From IMG/VR virus record IMGVR_UViG_3300011254_000489, positions 1 through 64,000 of that record: DNA of 64,000 bases; one strand, given 5' to 3'. The stretch is from a virus. Under the pieces are notes generated by a model, which worked only from the letters and a program-made list of their open reading frames with translations, did not search any database and was not told where the DNA came from. Of the stretch, positions 49,022 to 57,758 are shown in pieces. Positions within the stretch are counted from its first letter, which is position 1, and every line of letters starts with the position of its first letter. The translations under genes were made by a program, and so were the position numbers.

Positions 49022-49866
49022 AGGAATTCCTCCAATGAAAACTGTTTAGTTTTTTTCTTTCTAATACTGAGTGTTTTTTTCTCGCCTAATCCCATCAATC
49101 TGCATTCTTCGTTGTTGAATTTTGACAGTGCATATTTTCTAAAGTCGTTATCCTGTAGTAGTTGCTTGAATAACTTATGTTCGTGAGGGGCCAAACCGAC
49201 CCTTTTTAATAATCTAGGAACCTTAGAGTACTTTCCCCTCTTAGGCATAGTGGCCCTTCTAAACATTTTACCTTCATGACAATAGGCAAGCATCTCATAA
49301 AAGTAGCGTTGAGGCCAACGGCGTTTAACTACACCATCAACAAAGAGTAATTTGTTTGGGTGTAGGTTTTCATTTAACCAAGAAATGATTTGAGTGTCTG
49401 CGGGTTTGTTAAACAAAAGTAATTCTCTAATTAAATCTCTATTGCCGCTTTTTAGGTATTCATTTATTAGACTAAATACATCTCTTTCGTAGGAAAAAGG
49501 TTCTTCACTTCTAGGTGCTATTTCTTTTAACTGCTCCTGTATGTGTTGTTTAGAACCGACTCTTTTAATTTTGCAAATCTTTTTTATTTCCTTCGGGATA
49601 GATTTTTGATTAATAGAAGTTAATACTACTGTACCTCTATACTTAAGAATAATATCTACTATTTCTTTCGTCATTGGTTTATAGTGTATGTCTTCTATGA
49701 TTATACCTAACTCAATAGGTACGGAGAAAATATCCTTTATGTCAATGACATTAGCATACTGATAAACTGCATTGGGTAGCATTTCTTTTACTGTTGTAGT
49801 CTTACCTGTTCCTGCCTTTCCTACGAAAATTTCTGTTCTGTCTTTATTTATATTCGTTAAACCCAT
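49018..49866 (-). CDS. Divergent RFC large-subunit-like ATPase
   Basis: GKAGTGKT, IIIEDI; C-terminal PIP box QFSLEEFL. Confidence 0.7.
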   Translation of the reverse strand: MGLTNINKDRTEIFVGKAGTGKTTTVKEMLPNAVYQYANVIDIKDIFSVPIELGIIIEDIHYKPMTKEIVDIILKYRGTVVLTSINQKSIPKEIKKICKIKRVGSKQHIQEQLKEIAPRSEEPFSYERDVFSLINEYLKSGNRDLIRELLLFNKPADTQIISWLNENLHPNKLLFVDGVVKRRWPQRYFYEMLAYCHEGKMFRRATMPKRGKYSKVPRLLKRVGLAPHEHKLFKQLLQDNDFRKYALSKFNNEECRLMGLGEKKTLSIRKKKTKQFSLEEFL

Positions 49867-50239
49867 TTAGATTCCCCTTTATTATTAGTATTTGTTCTAG
49901 ACCTTCTAAGGTCAGATGTTTTTTGTGTTGGACTATATCATGTATCCTTCTAAAGTCTGTGAGTTTCTTTGAGAGGGAGTCCAACCCTCTAGGGATTATA
50001 TGTAATAGGTGTTTTACATTGTTTTTGCTTATTACTAATCGGTCACTTTGTAGACTATGAGGAAAATTCCTTTGTGTCAAACTTCTAGACAATGCCGCTA
50101 ATAACTCTTGATTAGAAGACGCTACTATTATTTGAAGAGTACAAGAGTACCCAATGTTCGTACTTTCACTAATTTCTACCTTAGAATAAAAATTACCCTT
50201 TGCTAAAAGAATACCAACTATCATGTCTCTAGATAACAT
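49844..50239 (-). CDS. Single-motif LAGLIDADG-family protein (degenerate)
   Basis: IVGILLAKGNF motif; C-terminal KKHLTLEGLEQILIIK typical of LAGLIDADG endonucleases. Confidence 0.7.
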   Translation of the reverse strand: MLSRDMIVGILLAKGNFYSKVEISESTNIGYSCTLQIIVASSNQELLAALSRSLTQRNFPHSLQSDRLVISKNNVKHLLHIIPRGLDSLSKKLTDFRRIHDIVQHKKHLTLEGLEQILIIKGNLNGFNEYK

Positions 50240-50519
50240 AATCTACAACTCCTAGATAATTATTATTTATTCCTTCATGTTTCAAGAAAAATTGTATATT
50301 AGATACTACAAGGGATTCATCTAAACTAGAAAGATACACTTCTATATTTGTATTAGTATATTTGAAGAATACTCTACTTGTATCTTTTTTATGTCTTAAC
50401 CAATGGGCATTAAACAGTTCTAAAGTCATTCTTTGATTCACCGAAATGTCGTCTTCTAAATAGAAGACTAGTTTCTTCTTGTTTGGTAGTCTGTCAAATT
50501 CCTTCATACAATCCCTCAA
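50229..50519 (-). CDS. Hypothetical protein
   Basis: 96-aa ORF. Confidence 0.5.
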   Translation of the reverse strand: MRDCMKEFDRLPNKKKLVFYLEDDISVNQRMTLELFNAHWLRHKKDTSRVFFKYTNTNIEVYLSSLDESLVVSNIQFFLKHEGINNNYLGVVDYVI

Positions 50520-52045
50520 AATAAGTTTATTACATCTTCAATGGTGTTTATTTGGCTAAGGATTTTATCATCTCTAATTCTATCCTTTCTAGGAAACCTT
50601 AGTCCTAGTTTCCCATTAGTATTTCTAGTAACTGCGTCAGCAGTAACAGAGATAATTATTGAAGGTGTTACGGAATAATTCTCGGAAGAAGAATCATAAT
50701 TAGAAACGAGTCTACGGCATTTAGAAGTCAAAGAAACTAAATCATCATCGCTAAAACCAATACCAACTCTACCTATTGGTTCGTATCCGCTATCGGAAGA
50801 CGAAGATAATACGCTAATTTCAAAACTAGAGAATAGATTTGCGTTAGAATGTTCTCCATACCTTGCTCCGGTAATCACCACATCTAAATCAATTTGAGCC
50901 GGTTTGTACTTAATCCACTTCCTCTTAGAAGGGTGATATTCCTCGCCCATGTCCTTGACCATGATGCCCTCAAAGCCTCCTGCAATCGCTTGATTGTAAA
51001 AGGCGAAAGGGTCGCCATCAACCACCCGTAGGGCTTGATGAGGTAAAGAAGAGAAGGTTTCAAGGCGCACTCTCAAAGGATAGGCCATTATAGACACACC
51101 ATTCATTTTCAAGCAATCAAACACTACCCATTCTACAGGACACTTCAAAATCAAATCCGAATTTATGTTCTTTGAATGAACCCGTTTATTCATTTGCTGA
51201 TGAGCAACAGGATAGCCGCTACCATCTACAGGATATATCTCCCCGTCTAAGATGAAATCGTCCTCTTCATATACTAGTATCTTTTCTATAATATCGGGAA
51301 ATTGATAATTAACTACTTTCCCTTTTCTATTAAAGATAATAACTGAATCCTTCTTCTTATGTATTTGATACCTATTACCATCGTACTTAATATCATAGAT
51401 TGCATCCTCCGGCCATTTCTTGAAAGGTTGGACTTTAGCCAACATTGGTGAAACAAATTTACCATGCACTAAATTTAGTGGTGGGCTTCTATTCATTTCA
51501 TAATAAGAAGTAACTGAAACTATACTGTTTAGAGAACAGTCTCGTTGTACTTCCTGTTGAGTTTTATTGTATTTCTTTGCTAGAACCTTTTGTATGGTTT
51601 TCTCGCCTATCTTGTTGTTGGGGGTTCTAATCCAAAATTTGACAAACCACTTTCTTTCGTAGTCCGACATTGATAGGAAGGCTTCTTGAATTGTGTCAAA
51701 TGAAAGTGTCCTAGAAGAACAGTCTAACTCTAGAAGTTGGATAATTCTCTTGAGACTATATTCTTCTTCCGAATCAAAGGTTTCCATTAAAGATACCGCT
51801 TCTCCAATATCATTAGTAGCGTCATACAATGCGTCTAATTCTTCGTCAAAGACTCCGAAGAAAGAAGATAACCACTTCTTTGCTTTAGTCAAACCTATAT
51901 TATTCTTCTCTAAATCAAGACTTAGAATCTTTACTAAGTCTGTTGGACTAAAATTCTCCATTTCCTTTGTAAGTCGGTTCACTTGTGTTGTCGGCGTTTG
52001 GTAGCAAATCGCTTCCATTAATCGGGATAGTCTTTTCATCGTCAT
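50516..52045 (-). CDS. lig: ATP-dependent DNA ligase (replicative type)
   Basis: N-terminal DNA-binding domain, PMLA, KYDGNR, LDGE, FDCL, EGIMVKD, WIKYK, LRFPR..RIRDDK. Confidence 0.95.
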   Translation of the reverse strand: MTMKRLSRLMEAICYQTPTTQVNRLTKEMENFSPTDLVKILSLDLEKNNIGLTKAKKWLSSFFGVFDEELDALYDATNDIGEAVSLMETFDSEEEYSLKRIIQLLELDCSSRTLSFDTIQEAFLSMSDYERKWFVKFWIRTPNNKIGEKTIQKVLAKKYNKTQQEVQRDCSLNSIVSVTSYYEMNRSPPLNLVHGKFVSPMLAKVQPFKKWPEDAIYDIKYDGNRYQIHKKKDSVIIFNRKGKVVNYQFPDIIEKILVYEEDDFILDGEIYPVDGSGYPVAHQQMNKRVHSKNINSDLILKCPVEWVVFDCLKMNGVSIMAYPLRVRLETFSSLPHQALRVVDGDPFAFYNQAIAGGFEGIMVKDMGEEYHPSKRKWIKYKPAQIDLDVVITGARYGEHSNANLFSSFEISVLSSSSDSGYEPIGRVGIGFSDDDLVSLTSKCRRLVSNYDSSSENYSVTPSIIISVTADAVTRNTNGKLGLRFPRKDRIRDDKILSQINTIEDVINLF

Positions 52046-52158
52046 CTATTATCAACTCTTTATTTTCATTTAATGTTTGGATTATTTCTCTAATGTTGTC
52101 CTTCATTTTTGGTTTTACTTTGGAAACAGACCAAAGATATTTTGCTAATTCAACCCAT

Positions 52159-52524
52159 TCATTCTTCTTCATTAACATCACCTTGATGGGAAGAAATCTC
52201 AGCATTTATTCTAGAAAAGTTCTGCATCATCTTCTGCAAAACTTCGGATAGGTCTAACCTATCTACTGACTCGGCGGCTAATTGCATGTAAGTCATTGTC
52301 CCTATGACAATAGGAAAAGAAATTGTATTGAAAGTGCTACCAACAATAAGTGACCAATGCACTACAAAAGCACCTCTTACTTGTTCATTGGTATTTTGTA
52401 CTTTAGGCCAAACAGAAGAAAAGTCTTCTTTGAATTGTTTGGGTATTTTCTTTTCGTGTCCAATAGCCCACTTTGAAAATTCTTTTGGTTTTTTGGACAA
52501 CAGTTTTAGTTTACTAATCTTCAT
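52159..52524 (-). CDS. Hypothetical protein
   Basis: 121-aa ORF. Confidence 0.5.
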   Translation of the reverse strand: MKISKLKLLSKKPKEFSKWAIGHEKKIPKQFKEDFSSVWPKVQNTNEQVRGAFVVHWSLIVGSTFNTISFPIVIGTMTYMQLAAESVDRLDLSEVLQKMMQNFSRINAEISSHQGDVNEEE

Positions 52525-52736
52525 TATTCTTCCTCTCCTACAAACATATTTGTTAGAATTCTATAAAGGACTTTGGCTTCTATCATATTGAGCCGTATCC
52601 CTTTTCTTGTTGGTTTTTCATCTTTATACCAACGAACATCTAGAACCTCTATTCCATAATAGCGGCCTTGATGTACTTTTACTTCTTGAGTACTATTTCT
52701 AATAACTCTACCTTTGAATTCCATATCGTCATTCAA
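52524..52736 (-). CDS. PC4-like ssDNA-binding protein
   Basis: LDVRWY...KPTRKGIRL PC4 signature. Confidence 0.8.
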   Translation of the reverse strand: MNDDMEFKGRVIRNSTQEVKVHQGRYYGIEVLDVRWYKDEKPTRKGIRLNMIEAKVLYRILTNMFVGEEE

Positions 52737-53130
52737 GCATCCATCCCTCCTTGAATTTCTTTACTTCCTTCCTAGAAAGAAAATATCTAGGCGTATCTAA
52801 TTCATCTAAACGATTAACAACCCAACAGGCTCCGCCTAAACTGGATATTTGTACGATTTCGTACTGGCCTCCGCTAACTTCACAAACTTCTTTTGTGTTT
52901 ATGTCGGGGGTTAGACCATACATTCTAGTAATTTCCGAGGCAACATCGTGTATGTTATCAACTACATACTTGATAATATGCGCCCTTTGGATAGGTATTT
53001 TAGGAGCAACATTGATTTCTAACTTACCACTCAAGTTACAGACTTTGCATTTATTACCTTCGCAAATAGGACAGGTAATCCTAGACTTATGAGGGGCAGG
53101 AAGCGTAACAGTGATTGCTCTTTTTTTCAT
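52729..53130 (-). CDS. Protein with DnaJ-type Zn-finger-like motif
   Basis: CPICEGNKCKVCNLSG; directly downstream of groEL. Confidence 0.5.
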   Translation of the reverse strand: MKKRAITVTLPAPHKSRITCPICEGNKCKVCNLSGKLEINVAPKIPIQRAHIIKYVVDNIHDVASEITRMYGLTPDINTKEVCEVSGGQYEIVQISSLGGACWVVNRLDELDTPRYFLSRKEVKKFKEGWMLE

Positions 53131-53132
53131 TA

Positions 53133-54650
53133 CTATTCCTCTTTAAGTACTGCGACTTCTGTAGATAAGAACATTAGAGCGATTGACATAGCGGCGGATA
53201 GACTGCTCTTAGTTACTTTAACAGGGTCAATGACTCCTTCTTCCCAAAGGTTTTCTACTTCTCCTGTTTTTGCATTGTAGCCTATTAGGTCACTAGGTTT
53301 GATATTGTCCCAAACTTCTTCGCTAGCATCTCCGTTCTGTAATAGAACACTAATTGGAGTCATAAAAACATCAGCAAGATATGGTAGATTAGGAATATCA
53401 ATTTCTTTCTTCATTTCTTGGAAGGCCAATAACAAACCTAGACCTCCGCCAACAATAACTCCTTCTTGTAGTGCGGCCTTCGTAGCGTTTAGAGCGTCAT
53501 CAAGCCTTTCTTTGGTTTCTCTTAATTCAACACTAGAACCGCCACCTACAGTTATTACTGCAATGCCTCCCTTTAATCTAGAAATTCTAGTGGTGAGTCT
53601 TTCCCTAATCCAATCATTGTTAGCAACCTTGTATAATTCAGTTAGTGCTTCTACTCTTTCTTGGGGATTTCCAATACCGCCTATGATTGTTGAATCAACT
53701 TGGTTCAATATGACCTTATCACATTCGCCAAAGGAAGACTCATCAACAATTCGCAAATCATCCTTTGCTTCATCGGAGAATAATTTCCCCCCTACGACAG
53801 AAATAATATCTTTCAATTCATCTAGTCTAGCATCACCATGATTAGGGGCTTGTGTTACACCAATCTGTATTCTTCCTTGAACAACATTCGCTAATACATT
53901 AGATAGAGCAGAACCTCTTAAGTCTCCACAAATCAAATATAATGGGCGACTCTTAGAAGAAGCATACTCTAGCGCAGGAAGAATATCACTAAAGTTAATG
54001 ATTGTCTTATTAGTACAGAACACTAGGGGCTTCTCTAGAATACATTCGCCACTATCTTGATTAGCAAATAAGTGACTAGCATATCCATTATCTAACTCTA
54101 GACCTTCTTTTAATTCAAAATCTGTGCTTAGGCCATGTCCTTCTTCAACAGAAATAACTCCGTCTTTACCTACATGGGAAAATACTTCCGCAATCAATTC
54201 TCCCAAAACAGGGTCATTGTTAGCGGCAATTGTAGCAACATCTAGAATAGAATCATCGGTTACTGGTTCAGCCAAGTTATCTAGGTACAACATCATTTCA
54301 TCCCTAACATACTCTAAATTATTTCTAATAGAATGTAGGTTGTTTAAGGGCATAGCCATGATAGAATTACAAAGAGACTGTGCTAAAACACAGGCCGTTG
54401 TTGTTCCATCACCTGCCTTAGATTGTGCTTTGAATGCTAGATTCTGTACCAATTGGATTCCCATTTGAACATAAGGGTCTTCGTGACTAACATATTTAGC
54501 AATTGTTACACCATCATTGATGACAACAGGCGGAGTACCCTGTAGGATAGCAGTACGGGCTTGTGGGCCTAGTGTTGGTCTAACAGTGTCAGCAACCAAA
54601 TTGATGCCCTGTAGAATTTTTTCCTTTACTTCATTACCAAATAGAATCAT
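53133..54650 (-). CDS. groEL: Group I chaperonin GroEL-like
   Basis: TLGP, NDGVTIA, AGDGTTTA, ATIAAN, LDDALNATKAA, GGG, GVIDPVKV; apical domain is group I-like. Confidence 0.92.
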   Translation of the reverse strand: MILFGNEVKEKILQGINLVADTVRPTLGPQARTAILQGTPPVVINDGVTIAKYVSHEDPYVQMGIQLVQNLAFKAQSKAGDGTTTACVLAQSLCNSIMAMPLNNLHSIRNNLEYVRDEMMLYLDNLAEPVTDDSILDVATIAANNDPVLGELIAEVFSHVGKDGVISVEEGHGLSTDFELKEGLELDNGYASHLFANQDSGECILEKPLVFCTNKTIINFSDILPALEYASSKSRPLYLICGDLRGSALSNVLANVVQGRIQIGVTQAPNHGDARLDELKDIISVVGGKLFSDEAKDDLRIVDESSFGECDKVILNQVDSTIIGGIGNPQERVEALTELYKVANNDWIRERLTTRISRLKGGIAVITVGGGSSVELRETKERLDDALNATKAALQEGVIVGGGLGLLLAFQEMKKEIDIPNLPYLADVFMTPISVLLQNGDASEEVWDNIKPSDLIGYNAKTGEVENLWEEGVIDPVKVTKSSLSAAMSIALMFLSTEVAVLKEE

Positions 54651-54862
54651 TCTTTCACCCCGTAAATGTCACTGTATTGGACAAAGATAAATCCACGATT
54701 CTTCTTTGCTTTCTCTATAGAATAGAAGATTGTTTTTCCTATCAAGGAAGAATCACATTGACAATCAATGACTGTCCCTTTGTTTTCTTCTAAGGAAATG
54801 ATTCCGTGTGTACTCTCTTTCTCTTCGCTTTTAACGACGACCCAATCACCGACTGCTTTCAT
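54647..54862 (-). CDS. groES: GroES-like co-chaperonin
   Basis: MKAVGDWVVVK..E.ESTHGII...DIYGV; coupled to groEL. Confidence 0.8.
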   Translation of the reverse strand: MKAVGDWVVVKSEEKESTHGIISLEENKGTVIDCQCDSSLIGKTIFYSIEKAKKNRGFIFVQYSDIYGVKE

Positions 54863-54881
54863 ATTCTAATCATCACATCAA

Positions 54882-54899
54882 GAGTATATATTGTTTCCC
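54882..54899 (-). promoter_or_regulatory. Putative BRE-TATA promoter for groES-groEL
   Basis: GGGAAACAATATATAC on - strand, TATA about 22-28 nt before ATG 54862 (leaderless spacing). Confidence 0.45.
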
Positions 54900-54902
54900 A
54901 AA

Positions 54903-55127
54903 TTATCTCTTACTTTTCTTTCCATCGTGCATGATGAGATGTGAAGCCGCTTCTAGGTATTGCCTAACCATTGTTGTTTTTTTACCCAACCAAATATGAT
55001 AGGTTGCACTTTTGCAGTCTAGGCAATAATACAAACGGTTCTTTTTCTTAACCTTGATTATCTCAAAGTTTTCACTTTTACAATTAAAACACTTCACGCC
55101 GTCACCTCCACACCACAAGCAATACAT
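54903..55127 (-). CDS. Small Zn-ribbon protein
   Basis: CFNC...CLDC. Confidence 0.5.
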   Translation of the reverse strand: MYCLWCGGDGVKCFNCKSENFEIIKVKKKNRLYYCLDCKSATYHIWLGKKTTMVRQYLEAASHLIMHDGKKSKR

Positions 55128-55188
55128 TTACCATCCACTACTCTGTTCTTATAGAGGGCAATATCGCAGTTAGGACAATTCTTCACAA

Positions 55189-55404
55189 TCAAGCCTCCAT
55201 ACCATTAACACTAACCATGTTAGCAAATTCCCATTGATGGAACATTTCATGTCCACCAATAAAACCACCTGCTTCTCTAATAGGCCCAATAAATTGTGCA
55301 GAACAAATTTGACAATACACCATTACTATTCTTTCATCAATATGTGAACCTACTTTTGTTTCGTAAGAAATTATTTTTCCTATATCTTTTTCTGTATAAG
55401 TCAT
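55189..55404 (-). CDS. C2H2-type Zn-finger small protein
   Basis: CQIC...HEMFH. Confidence 0.55.
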   Translation of the reverse strand: MTYTEKDIGKIISYETKVGSHIDERIVMVYCQICSAQFIGPIREAGGFIGGHEMFHQWEFANMVSVNGMEA

Positions 55405-55946
55405 TCTTCTTCCCCTCCAATAAAACCTTTATTCATGTGTTGAATTCTTGTTGAGAATTCGTCAATACTTTCGTAGGTAATTATCTTTAGTAGTTCGGGT
55501 AGTTTATTACTCCAAACTCCATAATGGTCATACCCACCTAGAACATAGGCGGATTCCATCTTGGCTCCCCAAATTCTAATTGTTCTCCAATCAACCCCAC
55601 TGAAATAAGCACTACCGAAAGGATGCGTATGTATCCAACACTTAATCGGTAACTTCATCCCTACAGGGTTAATTTGAAAATCAACATAGCCCGATGAACC
55701 ACTAGAAATATGTAGATTCCAATTAGCATCAACTACTACCTGTACTTCTAAGTTAGGCAATATCACTGTAGACGCTTCCCAAATCGCTGAATGGAATGTG
55801 GTGTGTTTTATTATTTCTTCACCGTCTTGGTTTATTAACATCTCATCAAAGACTCCTTGAATGTAAGGCTCAACTAAACCTCTTAATTCCTGTAGATGTT
55901 TCGCTTTTAGCAATTCAACTGAATTCATTGTTGTTCTACTACTCAT
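55401..55946 (-). CDS. JAB/JAMM (MPN+) metalloprotease
   Basis: Catalytic E (LEVQ) and HTHP-x4-FSxxD (WIHTHPFGSAYFSGVD) JAMM motif. Confidence 0.88.
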   Translation of the reverse strand: MSSRTTMNSVELLKAKHLQELRGLVEPYIQGVFDEMLINQDGEEIIKHTTFHSAIWEASTVILPNLEVQVVVDANWNLHISSGSSGYVDFQINPVGMKLPIKCWIHTHPFGSAYFSGVDWRTIRIWGAKMESAYVLGGYDHYGVWSNKLPELLKIITYESIDEFSTRIQHMNKGFIGGEEE

Positions 55947-55947
55947 T

Positions 55948-56109
55948 TTAAATTCCTCCATTTAAAAAATAACCAAAATATAGAAGTGAAAGGACTCCTG
56001 CTGAAAACAAAAAACAAGTATAACAAGTGTAAATTAAAAGTATTCCAGTAGTAAATTCCTCTAAAGTTAGTTTTTTATTGTTTTCTGTTTCTATATCATA
56101 TACTCCCAT
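55948..56109 (-). CDS. Small membrane protein (not in ORF track)
   Basis: MGVYDIETENNKKLTLEEFTTGILLIYTCYTCFLFSAGVLSLLYFGYFLNGGI, 53 aa. Confidence 0.5.
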   Translation of the reverse strand: MGVYDIETENNKKLTLEEFTTGILLIYTCYTCFLFSAGVLSLLYFGYFLNGGI

Positions 56110-56118
56110 ATTATCACC

Positions 56119-56694
56119 TCAAACATTTATCACGGCAAAGCCGTTTACTTCTTCATCATTAAACCAACGCTGAATCCATTCAGCACCCATTCCTGCAATA
56201 GCAACCTGTAAGAAATGTACTCCTTCTGTAGAGCCATCCCATGAATCACCTTGACAGGAAAAACTACCATCCGGCCCTGCTAGCATAGTATCATACATTT
56301 TAGGGTCGGCCTTGTAGGATACATAGGCGGCGTTCCTTGCTTGGGAGCGAAGGTCTAGCCACGCTATGTTTGAACGGTATAGCATCCTTCGTGCGGATAG
56401 ATTATCCACACAACATACTACCAAATCATATCCTTGTATTTGCCCGTCTGTTAGGATAGGGAATTTACTTGGACTGATGGGATACCTCTTTTGTAGGGCC
56501 ATCACTTTCAATTCACCCACTTCATCTTCCGTGAAGTTTTGGTAAGGTAGGTTCTTTGTATCTACGGTGTCGGGGTCACTTACGCTAATCGTGTAAAGGC
56601 CCGTCTTATCTAGTAGTGGGATTAGAAAACTTCCAATTCCACCGGCTCCAATTATCAATATTTTTCTATTCATTTTTATTCCTCCAATCTTCAA
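56119..56694 (-). CDS. ThiF/MoeB/E1-like adenylating enzyme
   Basis: ILIIGAGGIGS Rossmann loop, DPDTVDTKNLPYQ, CCVDNLSARR, candidate catalytic Cys in FSCQ; start likely MNRK. Confidence 0.9.
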   Translation of the reverse strand: MKIGGIKMNRKILIIGAGGIGSFLIPLLDKTGLYTISVSDPDTVDTKNLPYQNFTEDEVGELKVMALQKRYPISPSKFPILTDGQIQGYDLVVCCVDNLSARRMLYRSNIAWLDLRSQARNAAYVSYKADPKMYDTMLAGPDGSFSCQGDSWDGSTEGVHFLQVAIAGMGAEWIQRWFNDEEVNGFAVINV

Positions 56695-56932
56695 ATGCTG
56701 ATTGTGATTCTTTCATGGTATATGACATACTTATCATACTAGCAAGTCCTCTGTATAATTCATCTTGAATTGACGCATCAAACTGAGAAAACAGTGGGGC
56801 TAACATCATTCTAGTTGCCGTCACATAACAATTACATTCACGACAAACTCTATCTTCAAACTTAGTTAGAATCGGTTGAGGGTTATTCCCTTCCCAAGTC
56901 TCCATTTCTTTTTCACATATTTTACATTTCAT
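56666..56932 (-). CDS. Small Zn-finger protein
   Basis: CKIC...GNNPQP...VCREC. Confidence 0.6.
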   Translation of the reverse strand: MKCKICEKEMETWEGNNPQPILTKFEDRVCRECNCYVTATRMMLAPLFSQFDASIQDELYRGLASMISMSYTMKESQSAFEDWRNKNE

Positions 56933-56933
56933 A

Positions 56934-57758
56934 TTACCATATCCATTGTGTTCCTTGTCCTTTTATTTCGGACTCTGTTTTACCTACTGTTCGTAGGAGT
57001 TTTTTTGTTGTATCTCTACAAGTGCGACTAGTCACACCTACAACATCACCAACTTCTTTTTGAGTTAGTTGTTTAAATTCGCAAAGATTTGCTATGTAGA
57101 GTATCCCCGCTACTGCGCTTTTATTTAGAGTAAGAGTACGCATTTCGTATTCCCTCTCAAAGAAGGAAAGTAACATACTACAGGTACTAGCAAAATACCT
57201 GTCCCCTAATTGAAGGGAATACTTCTCTACCAAAGAATCAAGAGATTGAATAAAGACTCCACTATTCTTAAAATGCTTTGAAATCTTCTTGGCTACTTTA
57301 GCAACCAACCTTTGGTTAGAGCCGTACTCAGCACAGACTTCTTTTAGAGTGAAGGGCAGATTTCTTTCCCTTAATACATAATACACCAAAGCACTAGCCC
57401 TATCTTCATAAGTAGATTGACTAAATATCCCTGCTCTAAAACAAGTCATGTAGGCGTTTTCTACTCTCTCCATTTGGCTCTTTGAATTAGTCAAAGAAGA
57501 CATTAACATTTTAGAGAAACCCAAACCTACATCAACATGGCTTCGCTTACCCCTTTCGTATCTATGAACGGGCCTAGAGCCTAGAGTTCTATCTCCATGC
57601 CTAATAATTTCTCCATCATGAGTAAATAGAGAAACCGTTTGGTCAAAGGGTTCAGTTACTACAATCAACCCACAGTCTTGACATTCCTTCTCGCCCATGT
57701 ATTCGTTGTACGAAAAAACAGTACTGTTACATTCAGTACAATTAATCAAGGTTCTCAC
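56934..57758 (-). CDS. tfb: Transcription initiation factor B (TFB/TFIIB)
   Basis: Zn ribbon CTEC...CQDCGLIV; two cyclin repeats (TLKEV; AGILYIA..LTQKEVGDVVGVT). Confidence 0.9.
   Translation of the reverse strand: MRTLINCTECNSTVFSYNEYMGEKECQDCGLIVVTEPFDQTVSLFTHDGEIIRHGDRTLGSRPVHRYERGKRSHVDVGLGFSKMLMSSLTNSKSQMERVENAYMTCFRAGIFSQSTYEDRASALVYYVLRERNLPFTLKEVCAEYGSNQRLVAKVAKKISKHFKNSGVFIQSLDSLVEKYSLQLGDRYFASTCSMLLSFFEREYEMRTLTLNKSAVAGILYIANLCEFKQLTQKEVGDVVGVTSRTCRDTTKKLLRTVGKTESEIKGQGTQWIW

Noticed and set aside
55948-56109. Small ORF ending NGGI as a second Ubl
   Set aside because: The sequence is a hydrophobic TM peptide with no beta-grasp pattern; the GG is probably dictated by the overlapping GGAGG SD of the JAB gene.
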